From assembly GCA_030690945.1 (NCBI GenBank), contig JAUYFM010000049.1, positions 8,088 through 72,087 on the forward strand: 64,000 nt of DNA, written 5' to 3'. The notes beneath the pieces were generated by a model, which was not told where the DNA came from, ran no database searches, and saw nothing but the letters and a program-made list of their open reading frames with translations. The position numbers and the translations under genes were made by a program. Origin of the DNA: Smithellaceae bacterium (GTDB lineage: Bacteria > Desulfobacterota > Syntrophia > Syntrophales > Smithellaceae). Below, piece after piece: positions 40,572 through 49,671 of this stretch (positions are counted from its first letter, which is position 1; every line of letters begins with the position of its first letter).

Positions 40572-41129
40572 TTAAGCAAAAGATTTCTGAAACAAATCCT
40601 GGATCGCTTTTTTACCGTTTTCTTCCAGAAAGCGCGTGCCACCGCCGGCAAAATGCGCATAGGTAATAACCGGTTCATCGCCTTTTTTTCGTTCGACCCA
40701 GGTAAGCTTATTCCAGGTGAACCAGGCATTTTTTTTCTGATCGAATACATGCAACGGCTTGTTGCAGATTTTGCTGAATTCCGTACCCCAGCCTGTGCCG
40801 CCCTTGACGGTTTTGTCCGGCAGAATTTCTCCGATGATAAAGACTTCCTGCCCATTGTTAATCTGATACCAGATCGTCTGCAGGATTTTACGGAAAGTCG
40901 CGTTGTCCGTATAGCGGCGGTTCATCAGGCGGGAAATATATTCCAGCGAAACGTCGCCATTTTTCAGTTCTTCGTGATTAAGCACTCTTAAGCCCCGATG
41001 GCGAATGATAGTATGACCTTCAAAAGTAAAGTTTACTTCCTCTATGCCCAAGTGCTCGGCGTTGGCTCCAAATTCCGCTTCCGCGCCCTGCGCTCCGCCG
41101 CTGAATAAAATACAATCCTCTTTCTTCAT
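40572..41129 (-). CDS. Conserved hypothetical protein, possible SLOG fold
   Basis: LFSGGAQGAE and GGTGW motifs; co-oriented 30 bp upstream of prpE. Confidence 0.7.
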   Translation of the reverse strand: MKKEDCILFSGGAQGAEAEFGANAEHLGIEEVNFTFEGHTIIRHRGLRVLNHEELKNGDVSLEYISRLMNRRYTDNATFRKILQTIWYQINNGQEVFIIGEILPDKTVKGGTGWGTEFSKICNKPLHVFDQKKNAWFTWNKLTWVERKKGDEPVITYAHFAGGGTRFLEENGKKAIQDLFQKSFA

Positions 41130-41315
41130 TTTTTGTTCCTCTCCTCTATTTCTTTTATTGATGAATTAACCAGAAAATCTAATGATGCGAAAAAACAACG
41201 ATTATCATGTCCATATGTGTTTTTAAGTTGTCCTATAAACAGCTATCTGTCAAGAGGAAAATTGGCCTGAATAGCGCTATTGTCATGGCGCCGGACATAG
41301 GATATACAGGCGGGC

Positions 41316-42401
41316 ATGATCCGGGATTTCGCTAAAATCAAAGATATTTTCAGACGTCGGTTGTCAGCCTGGTACAGGCGCCATCAACGTTCCCTTCCCT
41401 GGCGAAAGACGAGCGATCCATACCGTATCTGGATTTCGGAGATCATGCTCCAGCAAACCCAGGTGGATACAGTGATTCCCTATTATCATCGTTTCCTAAA
41501 AGCCTTCCCCGACGTTTACGCGCTGGCCGCCGCCCCTTTGCAGGATGTGCTCAAAGCCTGGGAAAATCTGGGGTATTATTCCCGTGCCGGTAATATTCAT
41601 GCCGCCAGCCACATCATCGTCAATCAATGGGGTGGGCGGATTCCCGACACACCCGAAGCAATTAAAACGCTTCCCGGCATCGGCAAGTACTCAGCCGGCG
41701 CTATTTTGAGTATTGCTTATGGGCAGGTCCTGCCCGCCGTGGACGGCAATGTCCGCCGGATTTTGTGCCGTGTTTTTGCCATCCGCAAACCAATGGATGA
41801 TCCCGGGGAACAAAAGAAACTGCTTGAGCTGGCCGCGGCGCTGGTTCCCGCCAAACATCCCGGCGACTTTAATCAGGCGCTGATGGATCTGGGGGCAACG
41901 ATTTGTAAGGCGAAAATCCCCGATTGCTCGAGTTGCCCCATTGCCTCCATTTGCCGTGCGCGTCTTCTCGATTTACAAAACATTCTACCGATAACCCGGA
42001 AAGCTCCGGCCATTCCTCACCGCCAGGCGGTTGCCGCCGTCATCCGCAATTCAGAAGGCATGCTGCTGTTTGTGCAGCGGCCGGCCACCGGATTGCTGGC
42101 GTCTTTATGGAAATTGCCTGGTGGTTTTATCGACGATATTGAAAATATGGAAACCGGATTGCAGCACAGGGTGAAAGAAGAATTGGGTATTGCAATCCGG
42201 GTGGGAAATAAGCTGGCAATGGTCCATCATGCTTATACTCACTTTCGCGCAACGCTTCAGGCATACGATTGTTGTTTACTGAAAGGCGCCCCTAAAGCGC
42301 TTGGCTGTCAGGAATGGCGATGGGCGTCACCTTCTGATTTAAAGAAGCTGCCCTTGTCGAAGATCGACCGGATGATTCTGGCGGCTATTGCATCGTGCTG
42401 A
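41316..42401 (+). CDS. mutY: A/G-specific adenine glycosylase
   Basis: SEIMLQQTQV, LPGIGKY, VDGNVRR, C-x6-C-x2-C-x5-C cluster, C-terminal Nudix-like domain. Confidence 0.97.
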   Translation: MIRDFAKIKDIFRRRLSAWYRRHQRSLPWRKTSDPYRIWISEIMLQQTQVDTVIPYYHRFLKAFPDVYALAAAPLQDVLKAWENLGYYSRAGNIHAASHIIVNQWGGRIPDTPEAIKTLPGIGKYSAGAILSIAYGQVLPAVDGNVRRILCRVFAIRKPMDDPGEQKKLLELAAALVPAKHPGDFNQALMDLGATICKAKIPDCSSCPIASICRARLLDLQNILPITRKAPAIPHRQAVAAVIRNSEGMLLFVQRPATGLLASLWKLPGGFIDDIENMETGLQHRVKEELGIAIRVGNKLAMVHHAYTHFRATLQAYDCCLLKGAPKALGCQEWRWASPSDLKKLPLSKIDRMILAAIASC

Positions 42402-42477
42402 AAGAAGATTGGAATCCATTGGCTTTCTTTTTTCTCGAATCGCGTAAATCTTGTACCATAGGAATCCTCCTCTTTAT

Positions 42478-42933
42478 TTATGATACTTTTTCAAAGTAAG
42501 CATCCGTTATCCCGTCCAAAAGTTGCAACGCCTTTACTTTAACAACAATAATTTCCGCGGCAGGATCGGTAAAAAACTCATTTAAATCGGGATGTCGCTC
42601 AAGCAGTGCTTTACGAACAGCCGTTCTTCTCTGCTCATCCATGCCGTCCTGAAAGGTTCCCGTAACGGTCAGCGCTTTGGTTTTGGCCTTCTTGTCTTTG
42701 CCGCCCGTCTCTCTGGAATCGATAAGAAGACTGACGGAAGGATTGGCGGCGAGATTCCGGTATTTTTTTGTATCTTTGTGTGTCGCCATATAAATTTCAC
42801 GACAGTCTTCATCCGCCGCATAAGACATCAGCGAACAATGCGGCTCTCCTTCCGACACGGTGGCCAGAACACATACATGATTTTCCTGAATCAGTTTCTT
42901 GATGTCACCGCGCATATCGACAACTCCTTTCAT
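42478..42933 (-). CDS. Pyridoxamine 5'-phosphate oxidase family protein
   Basis: CVLATV..PHCSLM, TKKYRNLAANPSVSLLIDSR. Confidence 0.85.
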   Translation of the reverse strand: MKGVVDMRGDIKKLIQENHVCVLATVSEGEPHCSLMSYAADEDCREIYMATHKDTKKYRNLAANPSVSLLIDSRETGGKDKKAKTKALTVTGTFQDGMDEQRRTAVRKALLERHPDLNEFFTDPAAEIIVVKVKALQLLDGITDAYFEKVS

Positions 42934-43072
42934 GATGGGGTGAAATATTGGCGGTAATTATAGCACAAAAGCGCTTAAAAGATTAAGCAGGTTCTTTGCC
43001 GTAAACATGCAAGTTGAATTATTTAAATAAATCATGGTAGCTTCATTTAGAATTTTTTTGAGGACATGCCGA

Positions 43073-43264
43073 ATGAATGGAAATAACCGCGCTGATATTA
43101 GAGTGGGCGCCCGTGTAAAAGTGGTGCAGAAGCAGGATCAACGTACAGGCCATGTCACCTGCGGCGTTGTGCAGGCTATTCTGACAAAATCAGGCACGCA
43201 TCCGCACGGGATCAAAGTGCGCCTGGAGGGCGGGATAGTGGGCCGGGTCAAAGAAATCTTTTGA
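43073..43264 (+). CDS. YwbE/DUF2196 family protein
   Basis: KQDQRTG..T.GVV..ILTKS.THPHGIKVRL..G.VGRV. Confidence 0.88.
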   Translation: MNGNNRADIRVGARVKVVQKQDQRTGHVTCGVVQAILTKSGTHPHGIKVRLEGGIVGRVKEIF

Positions 43265-43332
43265 TACGCCACAAGACCAACACTTGAGAGGTAGTTCATC
43301 TCGATTGCGGTTGCGACGGTGTGCTATAAATC

Positions 43333-45441
43333 ATGCTTATGGAATCAGGAGGTATTTTCGTTTTGAAAAACAACATCACAACACTCAATGAATTTGAAGG
43401 GGCAACCCTGCTCAGGCAGTGGGAAATCCCTGTTATTGACGGTATTCTGGCCAATGATTATTTGGAAGCCGCTACGGCGGCCAATAGGCTTGGCTTTCCG
43501 GTCGCGCTGAAGATTTGTTCCGAGGCTGTCCCTCACAAAACCGAACGGGGCGGGGTTGTCCTGAATATCAAGGATACATCCGCCCTGAGCAAGGCCGTCC
43601 GGGAGATGAAAAACAAATTTTCCGGCATTCCCCATGCGCTTCTGGTGCAGAAGATGGCCCGGCCGGGCACTGAACTTATCCTGGGGGTCAGGCGCGATCC
43701 CGTGTTCGGCCCCGTGGTCCTCGTAGGGATCGGCGGCATCTTCACCGAAATCTTCCGTGACACGGCCATCGATCTTGCTCCCGTGGACGAAAAAGCCACG
43801 CTCGCCATGCTCCGGCGCCTCAAAGGCATCGCCCTTCTTGACGGCTACCGCGGCCAGGAACCCCTGGATATTGTCGCTATCTCCAGGGCCATCTCGGCGC
43901 TCTCCCGGCTCATATCCGAACGTCCGGATATTCTCGAAATTGATGTGAATCCCTTCATCGCTTACCCGGATGGGGCCGTGGCCGTGGATGCCCTGGTGCG
44001 ATTGGATTCCAGCCCTTCCACGCCAATCCGAAAACGCCCCGACCCTGCAACCGTAGCACCGTTTTTCAATCCGTCATCCATGGCCGTGATCGGCGCATCA
44101 AGAAGTCCGGGAAAAGGAGGTAACATCATCCTGCGCAACCTACAGAAGGCGGGTTTCAAAGGCGCTCTTCATCCCATCAATCCCACCTGCAAGGAAATCC
44201 TCGGGCTTCTCTCCTATGCCAGAGTCTGTGATGTTCCGGGGCCGGTGGATCTGGCCATGATTGTGATTCCCAAGACTGCGGTGCCCGAGGCCTTGGAGGA
44301 CTGCGCTGCCAAGGGAGTCACCAACATCATCCTGAGCACAGGCGGCTACTCGGACATGGGGGAAGCAGGCGCTCTGGAGCAAAAAGTCATTATCGATCAG
44401 GCTAAGCGGGCGGGCATCCGGATCATGGGACCCAACAGCATCGGTACGCTCAACCCATCCGCCGGTATGGCCACGTCCATTGTGGGCCTCGATCCGATCA
44501 AACCGGGCGGCGTATCGATCATCGGCCAGTCCGGCGTTTTCTCGTCCGGCTGGGCGCGCTGGATAGCAGACACTAAACCCTTCGGGCTGGCCAAGGTGGC
44601 CTGCATTGGAAACAAGGGCGACATCAACGAAAGCGACCTTCTGGAATACCTGACCGATGATACCCAGACCTCCACTATTGGTATGTACCTGGAAGGCGTG
44701 ATCGAGGGACGGCGTTTTGTCAGGGCCGCCAAAACGGCTTGCAAAAGAAAACCTGTGGTCGTAATGAAAGCCGGCCGCAGTGAAGCCGGAGCGGTCGCCG
44801 TGGCTTCACATACCGGATCGCTTGCCGGGTCGGACGCAGTGTTCGATGCGGTCTGCCACAGAACGGGCCTGGTTCGGGTGAATAACCCCGAAGCTTTCTT
44901 CGATACCCTGTCGGCATTTGAAAAGCTTCCTGGGCCAAGGGGAAACCGCATGGGCGTTCTCTCCATCACAGGCATGGGCTGCGTCGCCGCCACGGACGCA
45001 GCAGAGGAGTATGGCATCGTTCTGCCCGCGCTCCAACCTGCAACACTGAAACGACTGGGCGAGGTGATGCCTTCCTGGGCACCGGTGCGCAATCCCATCG
45101 ACACCTGGTCCGCCATTGAGCAGCACGGCTCAAAAAAAGCCTCCAGCCATATTGCCCGGTGCCTGATGGACCAGAAGGATGTGGATGCCCTTTTGATTAC
45201 TTTCGTGCTTATGCCGGAAAGTATGTTCGACATTTCCGAGGCTTTTGCCGAAATTTTCAGCCGTCATCCGGACAAGCCGGTTTTTGCCAGCTACTACGGC
45301 GGCACAACCAGGGAAATCGCCCACATCCATGAGGGCTTTGCGAAGCTTTGCGTGCCCTGCTACCCCACACCGGAACGCGCCATATTTGCGTTTAGCCGCA
45401 TGGTGGAGTACGCACGATTCCGCGGACTGATCCGCCTATGA
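43333..45441 (+). CDS. ADP-forming acyl-CoA synthetase, beta-alpha fusion
   Basis: N-terminal ATP-grasp (PHKTERGGV, DPVFGP, EIDVNP), then CoA-binding domain (VIGAS, MGPNS) and SHTGSLAG phospho-His. Confidence 0.92.
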   Translation: MLMESGGIFVLKNNITTLNEFEGATLLRQWEIPVIDGILANDYLEAATAANRLGFPVALKICSEAVPHKTERGGVVLNIKDTSALSKAVREMKNKFSGIPHALLVQKMARPGTELILGVRRDPVFGPVVLVGIGGIFTEIFRDTAIDLAPVDEKATLAMLRRLKGIALLDGYRGQEPLDIVAISRAISALSRLISERPDILEIDVNPFIAYPDGAVAVDALVRLDSSPSTPIRKRPDPATVAPFFNPSSMAVIGASRSPGKGGNIILRNLQKAGFKGALHPINPTCKEILGLLSYARVCDVPGPVDLAMIVIPKTAVPEALEDCAAKGVTNIILSTGGYSDMGEAGALEQKVIIDQAKRAGIRIMGPNSIGTLNPSAGMATSIVGLDPIKPGGVSIIGQSGVFSSGWARWIADTKPFGLAKVACIGNKGDINESDLLEYLTDDTQTSTIGMYLEGVIEGRRFVRAAKTACKRKPVVVMKAGRSEAGAVAVASHTGSLAGSDAVFDAVCHRTGLVRVNNPEAFFDTLSAFEKLPGPRGNRMGVLSITGMGCVAATDAAEEYGIVLPALQPATLKRLGEVMPSWAPVRNPIDTWSAIEQHGSKKASSHIARCLMDQKDVDALLITFVLMPESMFDISEAFAEIFSRHPDKPVFASYYGGTTREIAHIHEGFAKLCVPCYPTPERAIFAFSRMVEYARFRGLIRL

Positions 45442-45489
45442 CCTTCGCCTGTAAGCAGTAGTATCTCATCCTGCTAATTAAATTAAATA

Positions 45490-45518
45490 TTGACAACTGT
45501 ATATGATGTATATATACT
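45490..45518 (+). promoter_or_regulatory. Sigma70 promoter of brnTA
   Basis: TTGACA, 17 bp spacer, TATACT; only 6 bp before the ATG, so the transcript is probably leaderless. Confidence 0.75.
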
Positions 45519-45524
45519 TAATTC

Positions 45525-45857
45525 ATGACAAAAGAAAAAGGTAAATTAGATATCCTGTCCAAGTGTACAGGTCTTGAATGGGATGATCATAATTCTAACA
45601 AGATATGGATTAAACACCATGTTTCTCCTTCCGAATGTGAGCAGACATTTCTTAATATTCCTTTAATAATTTTTGACGATATGGATCACTCTGCCACAGA
45701 GAAACGCTACTATGCACTCGGCTGTACTGATGGGATAAAATATTTATTTATTGCTTTCACTTTAAGAAATCAAAAAATCCGTGTAATTTCTGCCAGAGAT
45801 ATGAATCGAAAAGAAAGGAAAGAATATGAGTTCCATAAAGAAAATACCAAAATTTAA
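45525..45857 (+). CDS. BrnT family toxin
   Basis: LEWDDHN..K...KHHV, HS..EKRY..LG, IRVISARDMNRKER. Confidence 0.9.
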   Translation: MTKEKGKLDILSKCTGLEWDDHNSNKIWIKHHVSPSECEQTFLNIPLIIFDDMDHSATEKRYYALGCTDGIKYLFIAFTLRNQKIRVISARDMNRKERKEYEFHKENTKI

Positions 45858-46098
45858 AAATGAAGATGAAGAAAGAACTTTTTGGGCAACACATGATTCA
45901 ACAGAATATATTAATTGGAAAAAAGCAAAAAAAGTTATGTTATCAAATCTTAAGCCTTCAGTAAAATCAATTTCACTTCGTCTCCCTGAATCAATGATTG
46001 AAGAGCTTAAGCTTCTTGCAAATAAAAAAGATGTTCCATATCAGTCTTTGTTAAAGATATTTCTTGCTGAAAGAATCGGAAAAGAATTAAAAATTTAA
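45826..46098 (+). CDS. BrnA/CopG family antitoxin
   Basis: IPKFKNEDEERTFWATHDST, ISLRLP, VPYQSLLK. Confidence 0.9.
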   Translation: MSSIKKIPKFKNEDEERTFWATHDSTEYINWKKAKKVMLSNLKPSVKSISLRLPESMIEELKLLANKKDVPYQSLLKIFLAERIGKELKI

Positions 46099-46222
46099 AA
46101 TGGTATACATGCTTGTTGGGATTTAAGCGTTCGCATACCATGGAGCGCTAGGTTTTACCGGTTGCCGGACAGAAAAACAAATTGGTTACCTTTTCTAAAT
46201 TCTGGGAGGGGGGTACAATACG

Positions 46223-46744
46223 ATGGAAGGTTGGACGGAAGAGGAGATAAAAGACAAGAATCTGATGGCGCCCTGCGGTCTGTATTGCGGCGCCTGTGGC
46301 GTTTACATTGCAACAAGGGATAAAAACGAAAAATTCAAGGAGGTCATGGGCAACCTCTACAAGACAAAGACCGAAGACACGGAATGTTACGGCTGCATGC
46401 AAAGCGAACCGCCGAAGAAGCTCTACGGCTATTGCACCCTGTGCGCGATCAGGAATTGCGTCCGGGGAAAAGGTTATTACTCCTGCCACCAATGCAGCCA
46501 GTGGCCCTGCAGCATGATAGAAAATTTCGGTCTGGCCACAGGTGAGCGGGTGATGAAAAGGACCATCCCCTTATGGCGCGCCAAAGTAGCCGAGCTGGGT
46601 GATGAGCAAGGCAGCGTGGAATGGGCCCGGGCGGAACTAACACGCTATCACTGTCCTGCCTGCGGAGAACCGCTCTTCAGGGGGGCAAAGCGCTGCCGGG
46701 CCTGTAAGGCGGAAGTTGCCGAGGCGCTTGACGGGACGCTGTAA
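46223..46744 (+). CDS. DUF3795 Cys-rich protein
   Basis: APCGLYCGAC, CYGC, CAIRNC, CHQC..WPC, C-terminal CPACG...CRAC. Confidence 0.85.
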   Translation: MEGWTEEEIKDKNLMAPCGLYCGACGVYIATRDKNEKFKEVMGNLYKTKTEDTECYGCMQSEPPKKLYGYCTLCAIRNCVRGKGYYSCHQCSQWPCSMIENFGLATGERVMKRTIPLWRAKVAELGDEQGSVEWARAELTRYHCPACGEPLFRGAKRCRACKAEVAEALDGTL

Positions 46745-46804
46745 ACCCGGAAAGAATCACCTATCATTTATTGCCTTTAGCCTTTCTCCCGGCGATTTTC
46801 AGCC

Positions 46805-46838
46805 TTGACGTGGTGTACCATAAGTGTTACACTTATGG
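46805..46838 (+). promoter_or_regulatory. TA promoter with palindromic operator over the -10
   Basis: TTGACG, 17 bp spacer, TACACT; CCATAAGTGT-T-ACACTTATGG at 46818-46838. Confidence 0.8.
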
Positions 46839-46865
46839 CCACATTAAAGAAGAAGGAATTGAAAC

Positions 46866-47093
46866 ATGCCTACCCAAAACCCACGTATTAATATCGTTGT
46901 TGAACCACCGCTCTACGGCGTCATGAATGACCTGGCCACCAGCGAAGGCGTCTCCATGTCCACCCTGGCCCGCGATCTGATCCGCGAAGCGCTTGATCTG
47001 CGTGAAGACATGGGCCTTGCGGCATGGGCATCTGCAAGAGAGAAGACGTTCAGCAAGAAACGTGCATTATCACACGAAGAGACGTGGAAATAG
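46866..47093 (+). CDS. RHH antitoxin
   Basis: PRINIV...GVSMSTLARDLIREAL..ED, LSHEETW; precedes RelE. Confidence 0.85.
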   Translation: MPTQNPRINIVVEPPLYGVMNDLATSEGVSMSTLARDLIREALDLREDMGLAAWASAREKTFSKKRALSHEETWK

Positions 47094-47096
47094 AAC

Positions 47097-47372
47097 ATGC
47101 CTTTTACCCTGCGCTACCATCACGCCGTTCGTAGCGAAGATTTACCGCTCATCGACGAGAAGACGAAAACCCGCATTCGCAAAGCTATCGAAACAAGGCT
47201 TCAAATCGCGCCTCACCAATACGGAAAGCCTTTACGTAAAACCCTGAAGGGCTACTGGAAACTCCGTGTCGGTGATTACCGGATTGTTTTCAAAATTATA
47301 GAATCAGAAGTCTGGATTCTTGGCATCCGGCATCGGAAATCGGTATATTCGGAAATTGGTGCGAGGCTGTAA
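47097..47372 (+). CDS. RelE/ParE family toxin
   Basis: YGKPLRKTLKGYWKLRVGDYRIVF, IRHRKSVY. Confidence 0.92.
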   Translation: MPFTLRYHHAVRSEDLPLIDEKTKTRIRKAIETRLQIAPHQYGKPLRKTLKGYWKLRVGDYRIVFKIIESEVWILGIRHRKSVYSEIGARL

Positions 47373-47449
47373 TCAGAAGAAGCCCTGATGGGTCTGGCTT
47401 CAGCATGAGATATTTTGAGGGAATTCCGTTTCCTCTTCAAATCAACCAT

Positions 47450-47503
47450 CTCGCGAGCAAGCTCGCGGAGAATTGACGCTCGTCCCGCAACAGCGGGATT
47501 AAA
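47450..47503. repeat. Dispersed ~53-bp repeat, copy 2
   Basis: CTCGCGAGCAAGCTCGCGGAGAATTGACGCTCGTCCCGCAACAGCGGGATTAAA; compare 27444-27496. Confidence 0.75.
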
Positions 47504-47660
47504 CCAAGTACCATGTCAGTCCAGCGGCTGCGCCTTTCACATCACATCCATTGCAATGTTCATGAGCAGAGACTCCCCCAAATTCAGTTTTCCTTCTTGA
47601 CAAAAGCTGAAAGTTTTGCGCTCTTATGCGTCGCAAAATTCAATTTCAGGCAGGTGTTTC

Positions 47661-49028
47661 ATGGAACTCTTCTTCGATCCCAAATCTGTTGTTGTTATCG
47701 GCGCTTCCAATGCCCCCCTCAATCTCGGAGCCACAATTTGTAACATGCTGAAGGATTACCTTCGCTATACCGGGGCCGTCTATGCCGTGAATTCCAAAGG
47801 AGAGACGGTGAACGGTTACCCGGGTTATTCATCGATTCTGGATCTTCCGGAAGCACCCGATCTGGCGGTAATCATTGTGGCGGCACGCAATGTTCCCGGT
47901 ATTATCCGGGACTGCGCGCAAAAAGGCATCAAGCGCATCGTCATTGAGAGCGCCGGTTTTTCCGAGGGCGGAGAACTCGGCGAGGCGATGCAGCGCAAAA
48001 TTGACGAGATCGCGAAAGCCAACGGCATCCGCCTGATGGGACCCAACTGCCTGGGAACGCTGAGCACGCGCACCAAGTTCTGCTGTTTTTACGGCGTCAA
48101 CCCGAGCTTAGTCGAGATGAATCAAATCTTCGAGTCGCCGGGCACCATGTCCTACATAATCCAGAGCGGCGGTGTGGCCGTTCTGGTCATGGAATCGCTT
48201 TATTACGATCTGGTCGGCATCAACAAGGTGGTCAGTATCGGCAACAAGTGCGATGTTGATGAAGCGGACCTGATCGATTATTTTCAAAACGACGAGACCG
48301 AAGTCATCGGCATATATCTGGAGAATGTGGCCGACGGCCGCAAGCTCATGGAAGCCGCTAAAAAATCCCGCAAGCCTGTCCTGATCTATAAGGTGGGCAA
48401 AACCAAAGAGGGGGCTATGGCCGCCATGTCTCACACGGCGGGAATGGCCAATAACGATTCGATCTTCGATGCCGCATGCAGGCAGGCTGGAATTATCCGT
48501 CTGCAATCCATCGACGAACTCCACTCGCTCCCCAAAATGTTCACGGAAATGCCCCTGCTGAAGGGGAAACGGATCGCGGCGTTCACCAACTCCGGCGCCT
48601 TCGGCAGCATTGCCGCAGACCTGCTGGTAGAAGCGGGTTTGCAGATGCCGCACCTTGCCCCGCATACTCAGGAACGGCTGAAGAAAGCCGGACAAGTTTT
48701 CAACATCAAGAACCCCGTGGATATCGGCCCCGCTCCTCCGCAAACCTATCTCGACATTTTCGATATTCTTTTGTCCGCGGATGAAGTGGACGGCCTTTTG
48801 CCGCTGCTCAGCGTCTGGCAGCCTTTCGTGATTGACACGCTCCTGGAGCTTTTGAAAATGTGTAAGCATTACGATAAGCCCGCGGCCATTTACACACCAA
48901 ATGCCATCGCCAAATCCATTGCCATTCGAGCCAAACACCGTATCCCCATCTTCGAAACGTCGGAACAGGCGGTGCGGGCACTGTCCGTTTCCCATACGTA
49001 TTATGAATCTCTCCTGAAAAGGAAATGA
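47661..49028 (+). CDS. ADP-forming acyl-CoA synthetase alpha subunit
   Basis: FFDPKSVVVIGAS, SAGFSE, MGPNCLG, SHTAG, TNSGA, NPVD; start moved to 47661. Confidence 0.9.
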   Translation: MELFFDPKSVVVIGASNAPLNLGATICNMLKDYLRYTGAVYAVNSKGETVNGYPGYSSILDLPEAPDLAVIIVAARNVPGIIRDCAQKGIKRIVIESAGFSEGGELGEAMQRKIDEIAKANGIRLMGPNCLGTLSTRTKFCCFYGVNPSLVEMNQIFESPGTMSYIIQSGGVAVLVMESLYYDLVGINKVVSIGNKCDVDEADLIDYFQNDETEVIGIYLENVADGRKLMEAAKKSRKPVLIYKVGKTKEGAMAAMSHTAGMANNDSIFDAACRQAGIIRLQSIDELHSLPKMFTEMPLLKGKRIAAFTNSGAFGSIAADLLVEAGLQMPHLAPHTQERLKKAGQVFNIKNPVDIGPAPPQTYLDIFDILLSADEVDGLLPLLSVWQPFVIDTLLELLKMCKHYDKPAAIYTPNAIAKSIAIRAKHRIPIFETSEQAVRALSVSHTYYESLLKRK

Positions 49029-49525
49029 TCAACAGAGGTTTTATGAAGATATTTATCGACGCGGATGCGTTTCCGAATGTGATCAGAGACATCCTGATCA
49101 AGGCCTCGCAGCGTCTGAATCTGTCGCTGATTTTTGTAGCCAATAAACCTTTGCGCCTGGAGAAACTGTCCAACTTATCTTTGATCCTGGTACCGGAAGG
49201 GCCTGATGTGGCCGATGACCGCATCGCCCAGCTTGTGCAGCCGGGCGACCTTGTCATTACCGCCGATATTCCGCTGGCCGACCGGGTTGTGACAAAAAAT
49301 GCCTTTGCCATGAATCCCCGCGGCATGCTCTACACGGAACATAACATCAAAGACCGGCTGTCTATGCGCGATTTACTGGGTGAACTGAGAGATAGCGGCA
49401 TGATCACCGGCGGCCCGGCCGTCTTCTGTAAAAAAGACCGCCAGGCCTTTGCCAATCAACTGGATAGTTTTTTAGTCAGGCAGCTCAAAATCGAAAACGC
49501 AACGCAAAGGAATCCTGTTCGCTGA
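49025..49525 (+). CDS. YaiI/YqxD (DUF188) family protein
   Basis: IFIDADAFP, ADDRI, VITADIPLA, FANQLD; the start may be 49043. Confidence 0.9.
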   Translation: MINRGFMKIFIDADAFPNVIRDILIKASQRLNLSLIFVANKPLRLEKLSNLSLILVPEGPDVADDRIAQLVQPGDLVITADIPLADRVVTKNAFAMNPRGMLYTEHNIKDRLSMRDLLGELRDSGMITGGPAVFCKKDRQAFANQLDSFLVRQLKIENATQRNPVR

Positions 49526-49530
49526 CTATG

Positions 49531-49670
49531 GAGACCTTTGAAAAATACCGATTCTCTGTCATTTCGACCGAAGGGAGAAATCTTATTAATTTGAAATCGT
49601 TAAGATTTCTCGTCGCTGCCGCTTCTCGAAACGCGTGACCTGAAAGGTTATGACAAAATTCAAAGGTCTC
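49531..49670. mobile_element. 140-bp MITE with 4-bp target duplication (TATG)
   Basis: Perfect 12-bp TIR GAGACCTTTGAA/TTCAAAGGTCTC; TATG at 49527-49530 and 49671-49674; carries a GTCATTTCGA REP. Confidence 0.88.
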
Positions 49671-49671
49671 T

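Noticed and set aside
44397-45233. 278-aa antisense ORF
   Set aside because: Lies wholly within the beta-alpha synthetase; low-information Ser/Pro/Ala-rich translation
48108-48995. 295-aa antisense ORF
   Set aside because: Shadow of the acyl-CoA synthetase on the opposite strand; no motifs
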